Assembly: GCA_963835065.1 (NCBI GenBank)
Contig: CAWIEK010000044.1
Span: forward strand, 416,001-480,000
DNA length: 64,000 nucleotides
DNA from: an uncultured Chthonomonadaceae bacterium
GTDB lineage: Bacteria > Armatimonadota > Chthonomonadetes > Chthonomonadales > Chthonomonadaceae
Reading direction: 5' to 3'
Each line of letters starts with the position of its first letter. The first letter of the stretch is position 1. Shown here piece after piece: positions 8,196-18,515 of this stretch. The translations under genes and the position numbers were made by a program. Under the pieces are notes generated by a model that saw nothing but the letters and a program-made list of their open reading frames with translations, made no database searches and had not been told where the DNA came from.

Positions 8196-9941
8196 TCACC
8201 ACTCCGGGGGCTGAATGTCTTCGATCATGAATTGGATGCTGCGCCTGCCGTTCCACACGTTGAATTGGGGCTTGTAGCACACGTCTAAGGTTTGGCCGAT
8301 GTCTAAGCCGTCGGCCAGTTCGCCCCGCGAGAACCAGGGACACTGGACGCTGTCGCGCCCGTTCAGGCCGTCCGCGCGCAGGGTCAGGCGCAAATGCTGC
8401 TTTTCCGCGCCCATGCGACTCACTTCCACAATCGGGACGCCCCGGCTGACAAACAGCGGCTCGTGATTGCTTGCTGCCAAAAGGCGCAAGCGTCTGCATC
8501 TGATCCAGCAATTGCGGGCATATTTCGCCGGGAGCGACTTCGACGGCTACATCCAGCGTGGGCTGCAAATCCTCGTCCGAAAGCAGCGAACCGGCCAATC
8601 GCGCCATCTGCGCGGTGAAATCTTCGACGTTTTCCTGCCGGATGCCCAATCCCGCCGCGTACTCGTGCCCGCCGTACTCATCCAGCAAATCCTTGCAGGC
8701 GTCTATGGCCTTGAAGATGTTGAACGCGCGGATGCTGCGGGCGGAACCCCGGCCCACGCCCGTCGCCTCGTCCATCGAAATCACGATGCACGGACGGTTG
8801 AACCGCTCCATCATCTTGCTTGCCACCAGCCCGACAATGCCGCCCGTCCAGCCATTCCCCGAAATCACCAGGCACTTCGACTCGGCCATGTCCTGCCGCG
8901 CCACCTGATCCATCGCTTCTTCAAAAATACGCGCCTGATCGTCCCGCCGCTGCAAATTGAACTCGTTGAGCTGCTGCGCCAGCCGTTCGCCTTCCTGCGC
9001 GTCTTTGGTCATCAGCAAGTCGAGGGCAATGCGGGTTTCGTTCACGCGGCTTGCGGCATTGAGGCGCGGCCCCATCGCGTGGCTGACCGCCCGCGTATCC
9101 AAATCCTTGTCCTTGTAGCCGCACACGTCAATGAGGGCGCGCAGGCCGGGCTTTTTGGTGGCTTGCAGCGCTTCCAGGCCGTACTTGACAATGATGCGGT
9201 TTTCGTCCATCAGGGGCATCACGTCGGTAATGGTTCCAATGGCGGCAAGGTCGAGAAACGCTTTGCGATACCCGTTCGGGCTGTGGCCTAAATAGCGCGT
9301 CAGGGCTTCGCCCATCTTGAACGCCACGCCCACGCCCGCGAGATTGGCAAACGGGTATCTGGAATCCTTGCGGTGCGGGTTGACGACGGCAATAGCGCGG
9401 GGCAGTTCGCCGCTCGTATTGGGCGTGTGGTGATCCGTGATAATCACGTCTATGCCGGCTTCTCGCGCGTGTTCCACTTCTTCCACGCGCTGGATGCCGC
9501 AGTCCGTCGTGACAATGAGTTTTACGCCCTCATTCTTGGCCTCCTCAATAAACTTTTTGCGCATGTCGTAGCCGTCGCGCCCACGATGCGGCACGAACAC
9601 GTCCACATCCGCGCCCAAACTGCGCAAAACCCGCGTCCACAGCGCAGCCGAAGTCACGCCATCGCCGTCATAATCGCCATGCACCCGAATTTTCTCCCCA
9701 TTGGCAAGCGCTTGTTTCAGGCGTTCGCAAGCCTTTTCCGCGTCCGGGAGCAAAAACGGGTCGTGCAGCCGGTCAAGCGAGGGATTGAGAAAGCGCTCGG
9801 CGGCTTCGGGCGTGTCCAATCCCCGCTGCACGAGCAGTCGCGCAAGAATGGGATGAACGCCCAGTTCGATTTGCAGCCGCGCTTCGGCCTGTATATCATT
9901 GGGCAGCATTTTCCAGCGTTTGGAACGTGGGATCGTCGCAT
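8196..9941 (-). CDS. recJ: ssDNA exonuclease RecJ (apparent frameshifts near 8475 and 9938, probably sequencing indels)
   Basis: Motifs GDYDGDGVTS, TDCGI, TDHH, LAGVGVAFK, GPRLNAA, GSARS and GGHEYAAG. The C-terminal PFG..N.EP and HLRL segment continues in the 8196-8489 frame. Confidence 0.93.
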
Positions 9942-9949
9942 AATAGTAA

Positions 9950-11143
9950 TTACAAGCCTGCTCGACGGTCTACTTCATCCGCCAAAGCCGTCAGTAAATC
10001 GCGGGGAGTTGCCACCCCGCGCCCTCCAGGATATAGTTTTCTGCCCTTTTCCAAATCCGACCACGCTTTTGCGGCAAGCTCATACGTTTTGGGCTGTTTG
10101 ATTTCTTCACAACCCAACTCCCCGCATGTAGCGTCTATCCATTCCTGAGCAAACGGTTCTCGATCTTCAGTAGCTAAAAGAGGCAGTTCGATACTGCGGC
10201 GTTGCATTCGTGAGTAGAGAGCATCGTAGCTGCTTTGAAAGCGTATACGGACTTCTTCATTGCGCGTCAATCAATTTGTTGCTGCGCTGATGTCCGGCGA
10301 CCATGCAAGCACAAGGCCGATAGGCGTCCCTTTATTGTCTATTTCATCTACCAGCCCTCGCAAATCGGTTAAAATTCGTGAACGCCGCAACTCGCTGAAT
10401 GTTGGGCGGAACAGGTCTTCCAACTGGTCAACAAACAGGAAGAAGGTTCGCAGTACGTTGACATCAGCGGCAATGCGAATAAGTTCTGCTACGACGCCAA
10501 TTAGCTCTCCCTCCCAGTCTAACTTTCGGTGTAAGCCAACAAGTTTCGCTTCCGCTGCCGCCAAAGGAGAACGTTGAAGCCAGCGAGAAATCAGACGAGA
10601 ATGTTCTTTTCGCTTGTCTCCATGTAACTTCTGCGCGCGCTGTAAAGCCGCTGCAAGCGTTCCATGGGCATCAGGAACAGGAGTGTTGGACGTAACAATG
10701 CCCCACACGACAGGCAAAACACCGTCGGGAAGCGCTTCAGAAAAATGCAGGGCCATGCGTTCAAGAGCCGTAATAAGTATGCCGCCGACACTGGCGCGAC
10801 TATAACCTGTCTCGGATAGTAGCACCAACTCACAAGCAATCTTCTCCTTTGGTGGAGAACTTAGCAAGCTTCTACGCAGGTACTGAAGAATGCGCGTTTT
10901 ACCTGCGCCAATGTTGCCAACAATTGACAAGGCGGTTCGGCTACGTCCCGTATGCACATCCTGAATCCACTGCTTTATATCGTCAACTTGTGCCTGAATA
11001 TGACCGGTATAAAATGGCCCGAATGTGCTGTTTTGTTCGTCAGCAGACGCCCGAAACGGATTGCGAGGGTAGCCTAATCGCTCATAAGCGTGTTCGGATT
11101 CCTCCACAATCGAATCTTGAAATATATCGAACACATTGGTCAT
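9950..11143 (-). CDS. P-loop AAA+-type ATPase, split by one in-frame TGA at 10271-10273
   Basis: N-terminal GYPRNPF, Walker A GNIGAGKT and Walker B FFLFVDQLED. ORF 9950-10270 continues in the same frame (YDALYSRM ... PRDLL). Confidence 0.8.
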
Positions 11144-13112
11144 GATGTCCTCACGATGAAACGAACGGGGCCACTTCTGCCAAAAGTGAGCGTTCCGGGC
11201 GACACGGGCCGAAAATGGTAGCCTTCTGAACTTAGTTCTACGATGTTTTCTGTGGAATTGGTATCAGCCGTGCCGCCGGTTCGCCCTTCAAACGGCAGTG
11301 TTGGTAGCAGCGCCCATAATCGTGTCAAAGCAATTTCGGTTCGCGCAGGAGTAAGTTTGAGATGTTGTCCTGTGAGTACGCATAACTGCTCAGTAGACAA
11401 TGTATCGTTGACGTTTGCAAGCCATTGGTACAAAGCAGATTGAAACTCCGAAATAGAGACAGAAGCATCCCCTACGTACAATCCCGAACCAATCTGCTCA
11501 TTCTGCGCAACCTGTCCCAATGCTCTTGCCATTAAAATTTGGCTACGAATTCGACTGCTTAATTTCATGTGCGCATTTATTCGCAGGTTTTCAAGCGCTG
11601 ATCTATACCCAGGCAATCGTCGTAGCTCTGCATGAAACCAGTCAAGGTCATTGTGCATCCATTTAGCCCGGAACTCTATAAGACGGGGGCCACCCTCTTC
11701 TCCGTCAGGACTGATTGCGCCTAGTGCTATCAAGACACGCAACACTTCGTTTGTTGTTCCCTCAGATGGTAATGTAGATACTATGCCATCATCTTTGATT
11801 TTATCCCATAGCATTTCAAAAAAAAATTCGCGAGTGGGGCGTAGACCCGCGGGGGCAGAAATATGTTCTTCAATTTGTACAGGCGCAAGAAGCCATCCGC
11901 CATCCGTTAGAGCGGGAACGCTTTCTTGAACCTGCTCAATGTCAGAGAAGATGAATCAACAGTAGGCTCATTCCCTGTTGTTTCTACAGATGTATTAGGT
12001 TCACTACCTACAACTTCGGGATTGCTGTCTGTAATCTCCGGCACGATAATGGTTGGTTGTGGGGTGCTAATCTGCTCAATTTTCACCCATGGATCCGCCC
12101 AATCTGAAGGGGCGCCTCTGTAAACATTCTCCGCAGGTTCAATACTCCACTTCCCTCCTGCGCTCTCTAGTACGATGAAAGAACAGGCCGCCAGAATGTC
12201 CCAAAGAAAACGTCCGGTTGTAGGTATGGTTGCTGTACCAAGAGGCCCCTTCGGTTGCCACCACCCACGCGCGGCAACTTTGCCACGCATTGCCTTCGCC
12301 CGATTGTCGTCGGCAGCCGCATACAAAACATTTTCCGCGCCAAGAGCGTTGGCAGCAGCGCGGGCGTGGTCGTGATCACCTGTTAGATAAACGATACGCG
12401 CATTGCGGGGTTGATCTCGGATTAGTCCTCGTGCCAGTTCTATATGCAACATATCCGCATCAGGCGACCTTCTTGCTGTTTCATCTCGCAATTTCGCGAG
12501 CATCAAGGCTCCCTGTTCCGGTGATAAGCGATCTACGACAACACCATCAGGAGGCGACTTTTCCGTAGTTCGTAAACCAAGACAATACTGTGTGTGCTTT
12601 GACCACTTTTCAGTAGTACGCGCCATCCGCATCTCTCGATAACGGATGGGCCATGCTGCAAACTCTCTATCAACAACTGCTGATGTAACCAATTCTGCAC
12701 AACCTTCAAATGCCGTTAACAGCCATGAAGCAACGCCTCGGCCTAAAGCATTGGTATCGCAGCAAAAGCGCAAACGTCGTCGTTCATGCAGCAGATCGGC
12801 AAAACGTTTCTGGTCAATAACAGGAGGTACTAAACTCGTTGCCGTAAGTACAGCCGCCCATCCGTTCCACCACTTACCATCATTCTTTGTAAAGGCAGTG
12901 GCTCCCATGTTATGGACTTCAATGACAGGCTCTTCGGGAATCAGGATGCGAACAGTATGGGCATACTTTCCGTGAAGTCCGAACAGGTCCAAAGTTGTTG
13001 TAGTAGGTGTTAATTTTCCACGAAGGCCACCGGATACCTTGATGTGACTGTGTGCTTCAAAGACAGAATCAACCCAATCACTAAGTTCTTCAACACGAAT
13101 GTGCTGTATCAT
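11140..13112 (-). CDS. Large PIN-domain protein (~655 aa if the frameshift near 11935-11960 is corrected)
   Basis: PIN-like acidic motifs CDTNAL, VVDREF, DADML and YLTGD. The 11140-11814 frame stays open upstream to about 11955 and overlaps the end of the PIN ORF. Confidence 0.7.
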
Positions 13113-13118
13113 TTCTTT

Positions 13119-13523
13119 CTACTCACCAACATTCTGACCGACAAAGAGTATCTTTGTTCCAAGTCCTTGAAGAATAATAAAACGTTGCAAAGCCATCGCA
13201 AGCACAATTACGGTGTATATGGGTATACCATCAAATTGTGACAAATCCACCAGCCGTCCGGCAGTGCCTTGCGGTGACAAACCGACCTCGCCAAGTTCTG
13301 TTTGTGTTGTATGCGCAAACTCGGCAAGTTCTGTTTGTAACGTTTTAAGTTCGCTCACTGAAATTTCAGTGCGAGTATTAGAATTAAGCCAAGTTTCCAG
13401 TTTCTTCCGCGTATCTGAAGCGTCTGGTAATGCCCTGATAACTTCATTTACCAACGCGGACGGTATACCCTCGTAAAACTCTTCACGAAAATAAAATTCG
13501 ATTGCGTTTGTGTTATCGTTCAA
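13119..13523 (-). CDS. Hypothetical protein, first gene of the low-GC cassette
   Basis: 134-aa ORF with TTG start after GAAGGA. Ends 6 nt before the PIN gene start. Confidence 0.65.
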   Translation of the reverse strand: MNDNTNAIEFYFREEFYEGIPSALVNEVIRALPDASDTRKKLETWLNSNTRTEISVSELKTLQTELAEFAHTTQTELGEVGLSPQGTAGRLVDLSQFDGIPIYTVIVLAMALQRFIILQGLGTKILFVGQNVGE

Positions 13524-13607
13524 CGCCGTTTCTGTTCCTTCTACTATGAACTGCCAACAATACGCGGAACCAGCACTATTCGAGCGTATAGTAACCGCTT
13601 CTACAAA

Positions 13608-14739
13608 TTAAAGCGCGGTCTTCAGAACGGCAACAATCTGTTTTGCCGCCCGTCCGTCACCATAAGGATTTAGGGAGCGGGCCATTTCCGCGTGGGCGGT
13701 GGGATTGGTGAGAAGTTCGCGGGCGGCAGTCACGATGGCATCCGTATCAGTTCCGATGAGTTTGGTCGCGCCCGTGTTGGCGGCTTCCTGCCGTTCGGTT
13801 GTGTGGCGCAGGACCAGGACGGGCACATCCAGCGCCGGCGCTTCTTCCTGGACGCCGCCGCTGTCGCGTCAAAATCAGGGTTGCGCGCTGCATCAGTTTG
13901 ACAAACGGAACATAGTCCTGCGGCTCCACCAGATGAACGCGCTCTACATTGCCCAAAATGCCCCGCAGCGTGTCGCGCACAACCGGGTTTTTGTGCAGGG
14001 CGACAACCGTTTCCGTGTCCGCGTGTTCCTGCGCGATCTCGGCGACGGCATGGGCGATTCGCGCCATTGGCTCGCCCCAGTTTTCGCGCCGGTGCGCCGT
14101 GACCACAATCAGCCGCTTATCGCCTTCTACAACCTGCCGCAGTTCCGGCTCCTCGAACGTGTACGGGCGGGCGGCAACGGAGCGCAGGGCGTCAATGCTC
14201 GTATTGCCCGTAACGTAAATCGTGGCGGGGGCAATGCCCTCTTGGAGAAGGTTCTGGCGCGTGTCTTCGGTCGGAGCGAAATGCCAGCGCGCCAATCGGC
14301 CCGTCAGCAGGCGGTTGATTTCTTCGGGAAAGGGATCGTAAAGCTGGTGGGTGCGCAGGCCGGCTTCCACATGCCCGAAAGCGGTTTTGTGGTAGGACGC
14401 GGCGAGCGACGCGACAAAGGTAGTGGTCGTATCCCCCTGCGCCAGGCAAATGTCGGCGGGATGCGCGGTCAGCCAGGCGTCCAACCCGATAAGGGCGCGG
14501 GTCGTGATTTCGGTCAGGGTTTGCCCATGCTGCATAATGGCAAGGTCGTGGTCGGGCGTCAGGTCGAAGATGCGCAGCACCTGATCCAGTTGTTCGCGGT
14601 GCTGCCCGGTGACGACGACCTGCACGGCAAACGCTTCGGGAAAACGGCGCAATTCCTGAACGACGGGAGCCATTTTCACGGCGTCCGGGCGCGTTCCAAA
14701 CACGCACAACACGCGGGTAGGGGAAGACATTGTACTCAT
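13608..14739 (-). CDS. wecB: Non-hydrolysing UDP-GlcNAc 2-epimerase (one +1 frameshift near 13866)
   Basis: Motifs VFGTRPDAVKMAP, TGQHRE, QGDTTT, HVEAGLRT, FPEEINR and TAHRRENWG. (T)DSGGVQEEAP and NPYGDG lie in the shifted frame. Confidence 0.93.
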
Positions 14740-14796
14740 AGTATAGAGTACCTTAGAAAGCCGGCATTTCTCAACCGGCTTTCTGCGGCAAGAGCA

Positions 14797-15900
14797 TTAA
14801 ATCACTTCCAGTCCGTTTATATCCGGCAGGGCGGGGAAGGGGGCGTGTGGCTCGGCCTGATACCAGAACGCGGTACTCGCAATGTCGTCCTGAAGCGGCA
14901 GGTAGCGCCCGCCGCTGCGCCAGCCAAGCGCCTGAATGGTCACTTTCAAGTCCTGCTCGAAGCGGATGGGGTCGGGAATGTGCCAGCGGTACATGCCGTG
15001 CCGCTGCTGGCTGCGGTACATGCCCGCCTGCCCCGCCATGAGAACCTGCGGCATCCCCAAAAACGCGGTAGAAAACACGCCATACTGCCCCTGCGGATGC
15101 TCGAAGTTCCACGCGCCGCCGAAATAATCTTCCGTGCCCGTGCCCGCAATGGTCGGAAACTCGCCGTCGCCGTCCATAAAGAACTTGATTTCGCCCTCGC
15201 CCCACCAGCCCGTATTATTGACCTGCCACGCCAGATACGTGCCCACATACTGCCCCTGCCCCGTCACGCCATCCAGCAGGGTATGCACTTCGGCGTAAGG
15301 CAGGGGATTGCTGCGCCGAAACTGCGCATGAAGGTACGCGGCATCGTCCGGCACATCCGTCAGGGCATACGTGATCTGATAGTAGTACCCCTTGCACTCT
15401 TCTTCCGTCAGGTTTTCCAGCGTAATCCGCGCCGATTTGCGGAACGGCATTTCCCAATAGGAGTTGAACGCGCCGGCGGGGTTGACGGCAATCGGCAGGC
15501 TGCTGATGTTGCAGCGTTCGCACCAGCCGTTGCAGAAAAAGTCGCCGAACGGCGTTTCAATGGAAGGCGTGTCTTCGCCATCCCAGTACACGCGCAGAAT
15601 AAGCCGCCGCCACCAGTTGGGCGCGCACGTATTCCAGATGTGCTGAATGGCTCCCGGACCCTCGATTTCGGCCAGCGTGACCGTTTGGCGCGGCCCGATA
15701 TGGATGGACGGCGAAACCTTCCAGCCCTGGCCGAGTTCGCGGGCGGCGTTGGCTCCGGTTCCCTCCGTCGCCATGCCCGCCTTGCCCTTTTCGCCCGTAA
15801 AGTTTTCCGCGCTGATGGAGCGCGTTTTCGCCTTCGACAGCCGCGAGATGTTGTGCAGTCCCATGCCCAGCCCGTTGAACGGTTCGTTGGATGATGCCAT
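14797..15900 (-). CDS. DUF2961 / GH172-family glycoside hydrolase
   Basis: Motifs SISAENFTGEKG, GPGAIQHIW, YWDGE, WWGEGE, GTGTEDYFGGAW and YRWHIPDPIRF. Confidence 0.88.
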   Translation of the reverse strand: MASSNEPFNGLGMGLHNISRLSKAKTRSISAENFTGEKGKAGMATEGTGANAARELGQGWKVSPSIHIGPRQTVTLAEIEGPGAIQHIWNTCAPNWWRRLILRVYWDGEDTPSIETPFGDFFCNGWCERCNISSLPIAVNPAGAFNSYWEMPFRKSARITLENLTEEECKGYYYQITYALTDVPDDAAYLHAQFRRSNPLPYAEVHTLLDGVTGQGQYVGTYLAWQVNNTGWWGEGEIKFFMDGDGEFPTIAGTGTEDYFGGAWNFEHPQGQYGVFSTAFLGMPQVLMAGQAGMYRSQQRHGMYRWHIPDPIRFEQDLKVTIQALGWRSGGRYLPLQDDIASTAFWYQAEPHAPFPALPDINGLEVI

Positions 15901-16187
15901 GATGCGCTGTTTTTCCTCCGTTGGAATTGCGCGTTTGCTTAACCCTGCCGCGTATCGGCATCAGGAAAGGACGCGCTCACTTATGGCGCAACATTCGTGA
16001 ACCGACAGGGCAATTCCTTCCAAAGCAAGAAAATAGAAAAGAGATATTAGCCGCGAATACACGCGAATGGACGCGAATAGATTCATGGCAGGAAAACGGC
16101 TTAAACATATGAACACGGTACTTGTTCTGAATGTGCCTGCATCAGCGTTGGCAGGCCGTGCTATAATAGGGCAGGAGGAACCCGATC

Positions 16188-16448
16188 ATGCAATCTGCTC
16201 TGAAACTGCGAACCACCATTCTGCCCGGCCATCGCATCGAAGTCACCGCGCCCGAACTGCCGGAAAGCGGGGAAGTGGAACTTATCATCGTTCTGCCGGA
16301 ACCTGCAGCGCCAACGCCGGAAGAACCGCGCCAATTTAAAAGCGTGATGGATTTTTTAAACTCTTTGACGCCCGTGCAACGCACCCCTGAAGAATGGGCT
16401 GAAGTAGAGCGCCAAATTCAAGAGGAAAAAAACTCGTGGGACTTCTGA
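16188..16448 (+). CDS. Putative antitoxin
   Basis: 86 aa, overlapping the downstream PIN gene. Extended -10 (TGCTATAAT, about 16159-16167) and AGGAGG upstream. Confidence 0.75.
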   Translation: MQSALKLRTTILPGHRIEVTAPELPESGEVELIIVLPEPAAPTPEEPRQFKSVMDFLNSLTPVQRTPEEWAEVERQIQEEKNSWDF

Positions 16449-16885
16449 CGCTGCCTGCCTTTGGCTCCGTGTATGTGGACGCGCAAATCGCGATTTATAC
16501 TGTGGACATTCACCCTGTTTATGCAGCCGTTTGCAAGCCACTTTGGGAGGCTGTGGCTGCAGGTACGACGCAGGCCATTAGCAGTGAATTAACTCTGATG
16601 GAAACATTGGTCATGCCACTGCGCAATGGCGATGCTGCCCTGCAATCAAGTCGTGAAGCTCTCTGGCAGCAGGCGAATACGCTTCTAATTCCCATCACGC
16701 AAGACATTCTCAGAGAGGCGGCTCGGTTACGCGCTACAATTCCTGCTTTGAAAACGCCCGATGCCATTCATGCCGCTACAGCGTTGGTTGCCGGGTGCGC
16801 GTTGTTTGTCACCAATGACTTGGGATTCAAGCGCATACCCGGCCTGCCGCTTGCGATTTTGGATGACGTTCTGGCCGCGCCTTGA
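16436..16885 (+). CDS. VapC-type PIN toxin
   Basis: Motifs VYVDAQIAIY, SELTLME, LKTPDAIHAATA and FVTND. Confidence 0.9.
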   Translation: MGLLTLPAFGSVYVDAQIAIYTVDIHPVYAAVCKPLWEAVAAGTTQAISSELTLMETLVMPLRNGDAALQSSREALWQQANTLLIPITQDILREAARLRATIPALKTPDAIHAATALVAGCALFVTNDLGFKRIPGLPLAILDDVLAAP

Positions 16886-16900
16886 TGCTTTTCAAACATA

Positions 16901-16934
16901 GAAGGCCGCTGCTCAATGAAGAGCGACGGCCTTC
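16901..16934. terminator. Hairpin between convergent vapC and DUF47 genes
   Basis: GAAGGCCG..GCTC pairs with GAGC..CGGCCTTC. Confidence 0.55.
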
Positions 16935-16977
16935 CAAGTGGGTTCGAAGGTTGATTACAAAAAGAGGCGTGACGAAC

Positions 16978-17607
16978 TCAGGCGTACTTGCCGGACAGGC
17001 TTTCTACGAAGCGGGCCAGGCGGTCACATTCGCGGATGGCCGTTTCCATGCGCTCGTACACGTCCTTCCACGCGACGAGCAGGCGATGGTCAAGGGCCGT
17101 GTCGCTGAACATGGCGGTTAGGCCGTGTTCAAAAACCACCTGCGCGCGATGCTCCAGCGCGTGAATCCCGGCAATCACGCCGCACAGTTCGCTGCCCCCG
17201 AACCCTCGCCGCAATAAGCAAACCATCTCCTGCGTCTGCTGCGTGATGGCTACCAGCAGGCACGAAAACGACTCCAAATCCGGGCGAGGACGCGCCAGCC
17301 GGTACAGATTGATGCGCGAACCGGCGTTCTTTACGCCAAAAGCAACCGCGTCCAGATGGTTCGTCAGCGTCTGCATGTCCTCCCGGTCCAAACACGTCAG
17401 GAATTGCGCGTTGACTTTATGCGCCAGATGCTCGTGCAGGGTATCCGCGTCCTGCTCGATGCGCTCCAGTTTTTCCATGTACGGCGCGACATGGCCTAGA
17501 TCGCCTGTGAGCGCGTAGAAGGTTTGCGCGGCTTCTCGCGCGGTTCGCGCTTGCGCTTCCAGCACATCGTAGAACGAGGTGTCGGGCCGGATTCCGAAGT
17601 AGTTCAT
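16978..17607 (-). CDS. DUF47 (PhoU-like) phosphate transport regulator
   Basis: Motifs IEQDADT, FLTCLDREDM..L...LD, IHALEH and WKDVYERME. Confidence 0.8.
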   Translation of the reverse strand: MNYFGIRPDTSFYDVLEAQARTAREAAQTFYALTGDLGHVAPYMEKLERIEQDADTLHEHLAHKVNAQFLTCLDREDMQTLTNHLDAVAFGVKNAGSRINLYRLARPRPDLESFSCLLVAITQQTQEMVCLLRRGFGGSELCGVIAGIHALEHRAQVVFEHGLTAMFSDTALDHRLLVAWKDVYERMETAIRECDRLARFVESLSGKYA

Positions 17608-17668
17608 AGCAGTTCCTTTGTTGCGGGGAATTTATTATCTTCGCGGCATCTTCGCGGCTATCGCCGTC

Positions 17669-17965
17669 CTATGCCGCCTCAACCGCTCTGGCGGTTTTAG
17701 TGTCCACTTTGTCATCAATCTTGTCCTCAGCCCTGTCATCCACCTTATCTTCAACGTGGATGTCTTCCTGCGCCGCATACACCTTGAGCGCTTCTTCAAT
17801 GACCTGCGTTACCGACCACTCGGTTTTGTCGGTCAATTGGCTCAGGCGTTTGGCCCCTCTGGGACTCAGGCGCAGCGAAATCTGGCGTTCTTTCTTGGGC
17901 GTGGACTTGGCCTTTTTCTTCTTGCCGGTTCCTTTGTCGCGTTCCTCGTCGTTAGCAGCAGCCAT
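17669..17965 (-). CDS. Small ribbon-helix-helix (CopG-like) DNA-binding protein
   Basis: ISLRLSP...RLSQL....WSVTQVIEEAL fits the RHH pattern. Confidence 0.55.
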   Translation of the reverse strand: MAAANDEERDKGTGKKKKAKSTPKKERQISLRLSPRGAKRLSQLTDKTEWSVTQVIEEALKVYAAQEDIHVEDKVDDRAEDKIDDKVDTKTARAVEAA

Positions 17966-18117
17966 TGCAATCCAAGCCTTTTCTCGTTGTTCGTCCGCTA
18001 TAGTACGCAATAAGATGTGAACTGTCCTATAAAGAAAGACAGAGTACACCATCGCATTATCTTGCATTTCATTGGTTTGCATTATAACGCACTTTTGGAA
18101 TTTTGTCAAGAGCGGGA

Positions 18118-18176
18118 GGAAAAAAGAAGAAAAGAAGAAAAGAAGAGAAGACAGAAGACAGAAGGCAGAAGACAGG
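18118..18176 (+). repeat. Purine-rich and GAAGACA heptamer array (single arm)
   Basis: GAAGACA GAAGACA GAAGGCA GAAGACA. Confidence 0.85.
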
Positions 18177-18515
18177 CTAATATACCTGGGCGTAAATAAC
18201 CAGTTATCTTGCGTCCGCAGGACAATTGGCCGAAGGTCTAACAACCGGCAGAGATTAAATAGTTATAATTCGGTTAGGAGCAGGCGAAAAAAAGAGTGGC
18301 AGGCAAAAGGAGAGAAAGCCTGCCACCCAAGGAAGGAAGGTGAACTCGAATCGTTTATAGTATCGGCGCTTTTGCCCGCTTTCCTTACCCCTGTAATCTG
18401 ATTAATGACAAAACCCGTATTTTTCCCTGTATCTTCCGCTCCTTTTCTCCTTTTCTTCTCTGCTTCTTTTGCTTCTTTTCTTCTTTTCAGGCGTTTTAGC
18501 GTACAATAAAGTAAT

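Noticed and set aside
10271..10273. TGA recoding (selenocysteine or alternative genetic code)
   Set aside because: TGA is used as a normal stop in many genes here (grpE, recJ, SDR), and no SECIS-like or redox-motif context is evident.
13699..15894. 731-aa plus-strand ORF and other long ORFs such as 28324-29760 and 41434-42876
   Set aside because: They are antisense shadows of well-supported genes in GC-rich DNA and contain no motifs.
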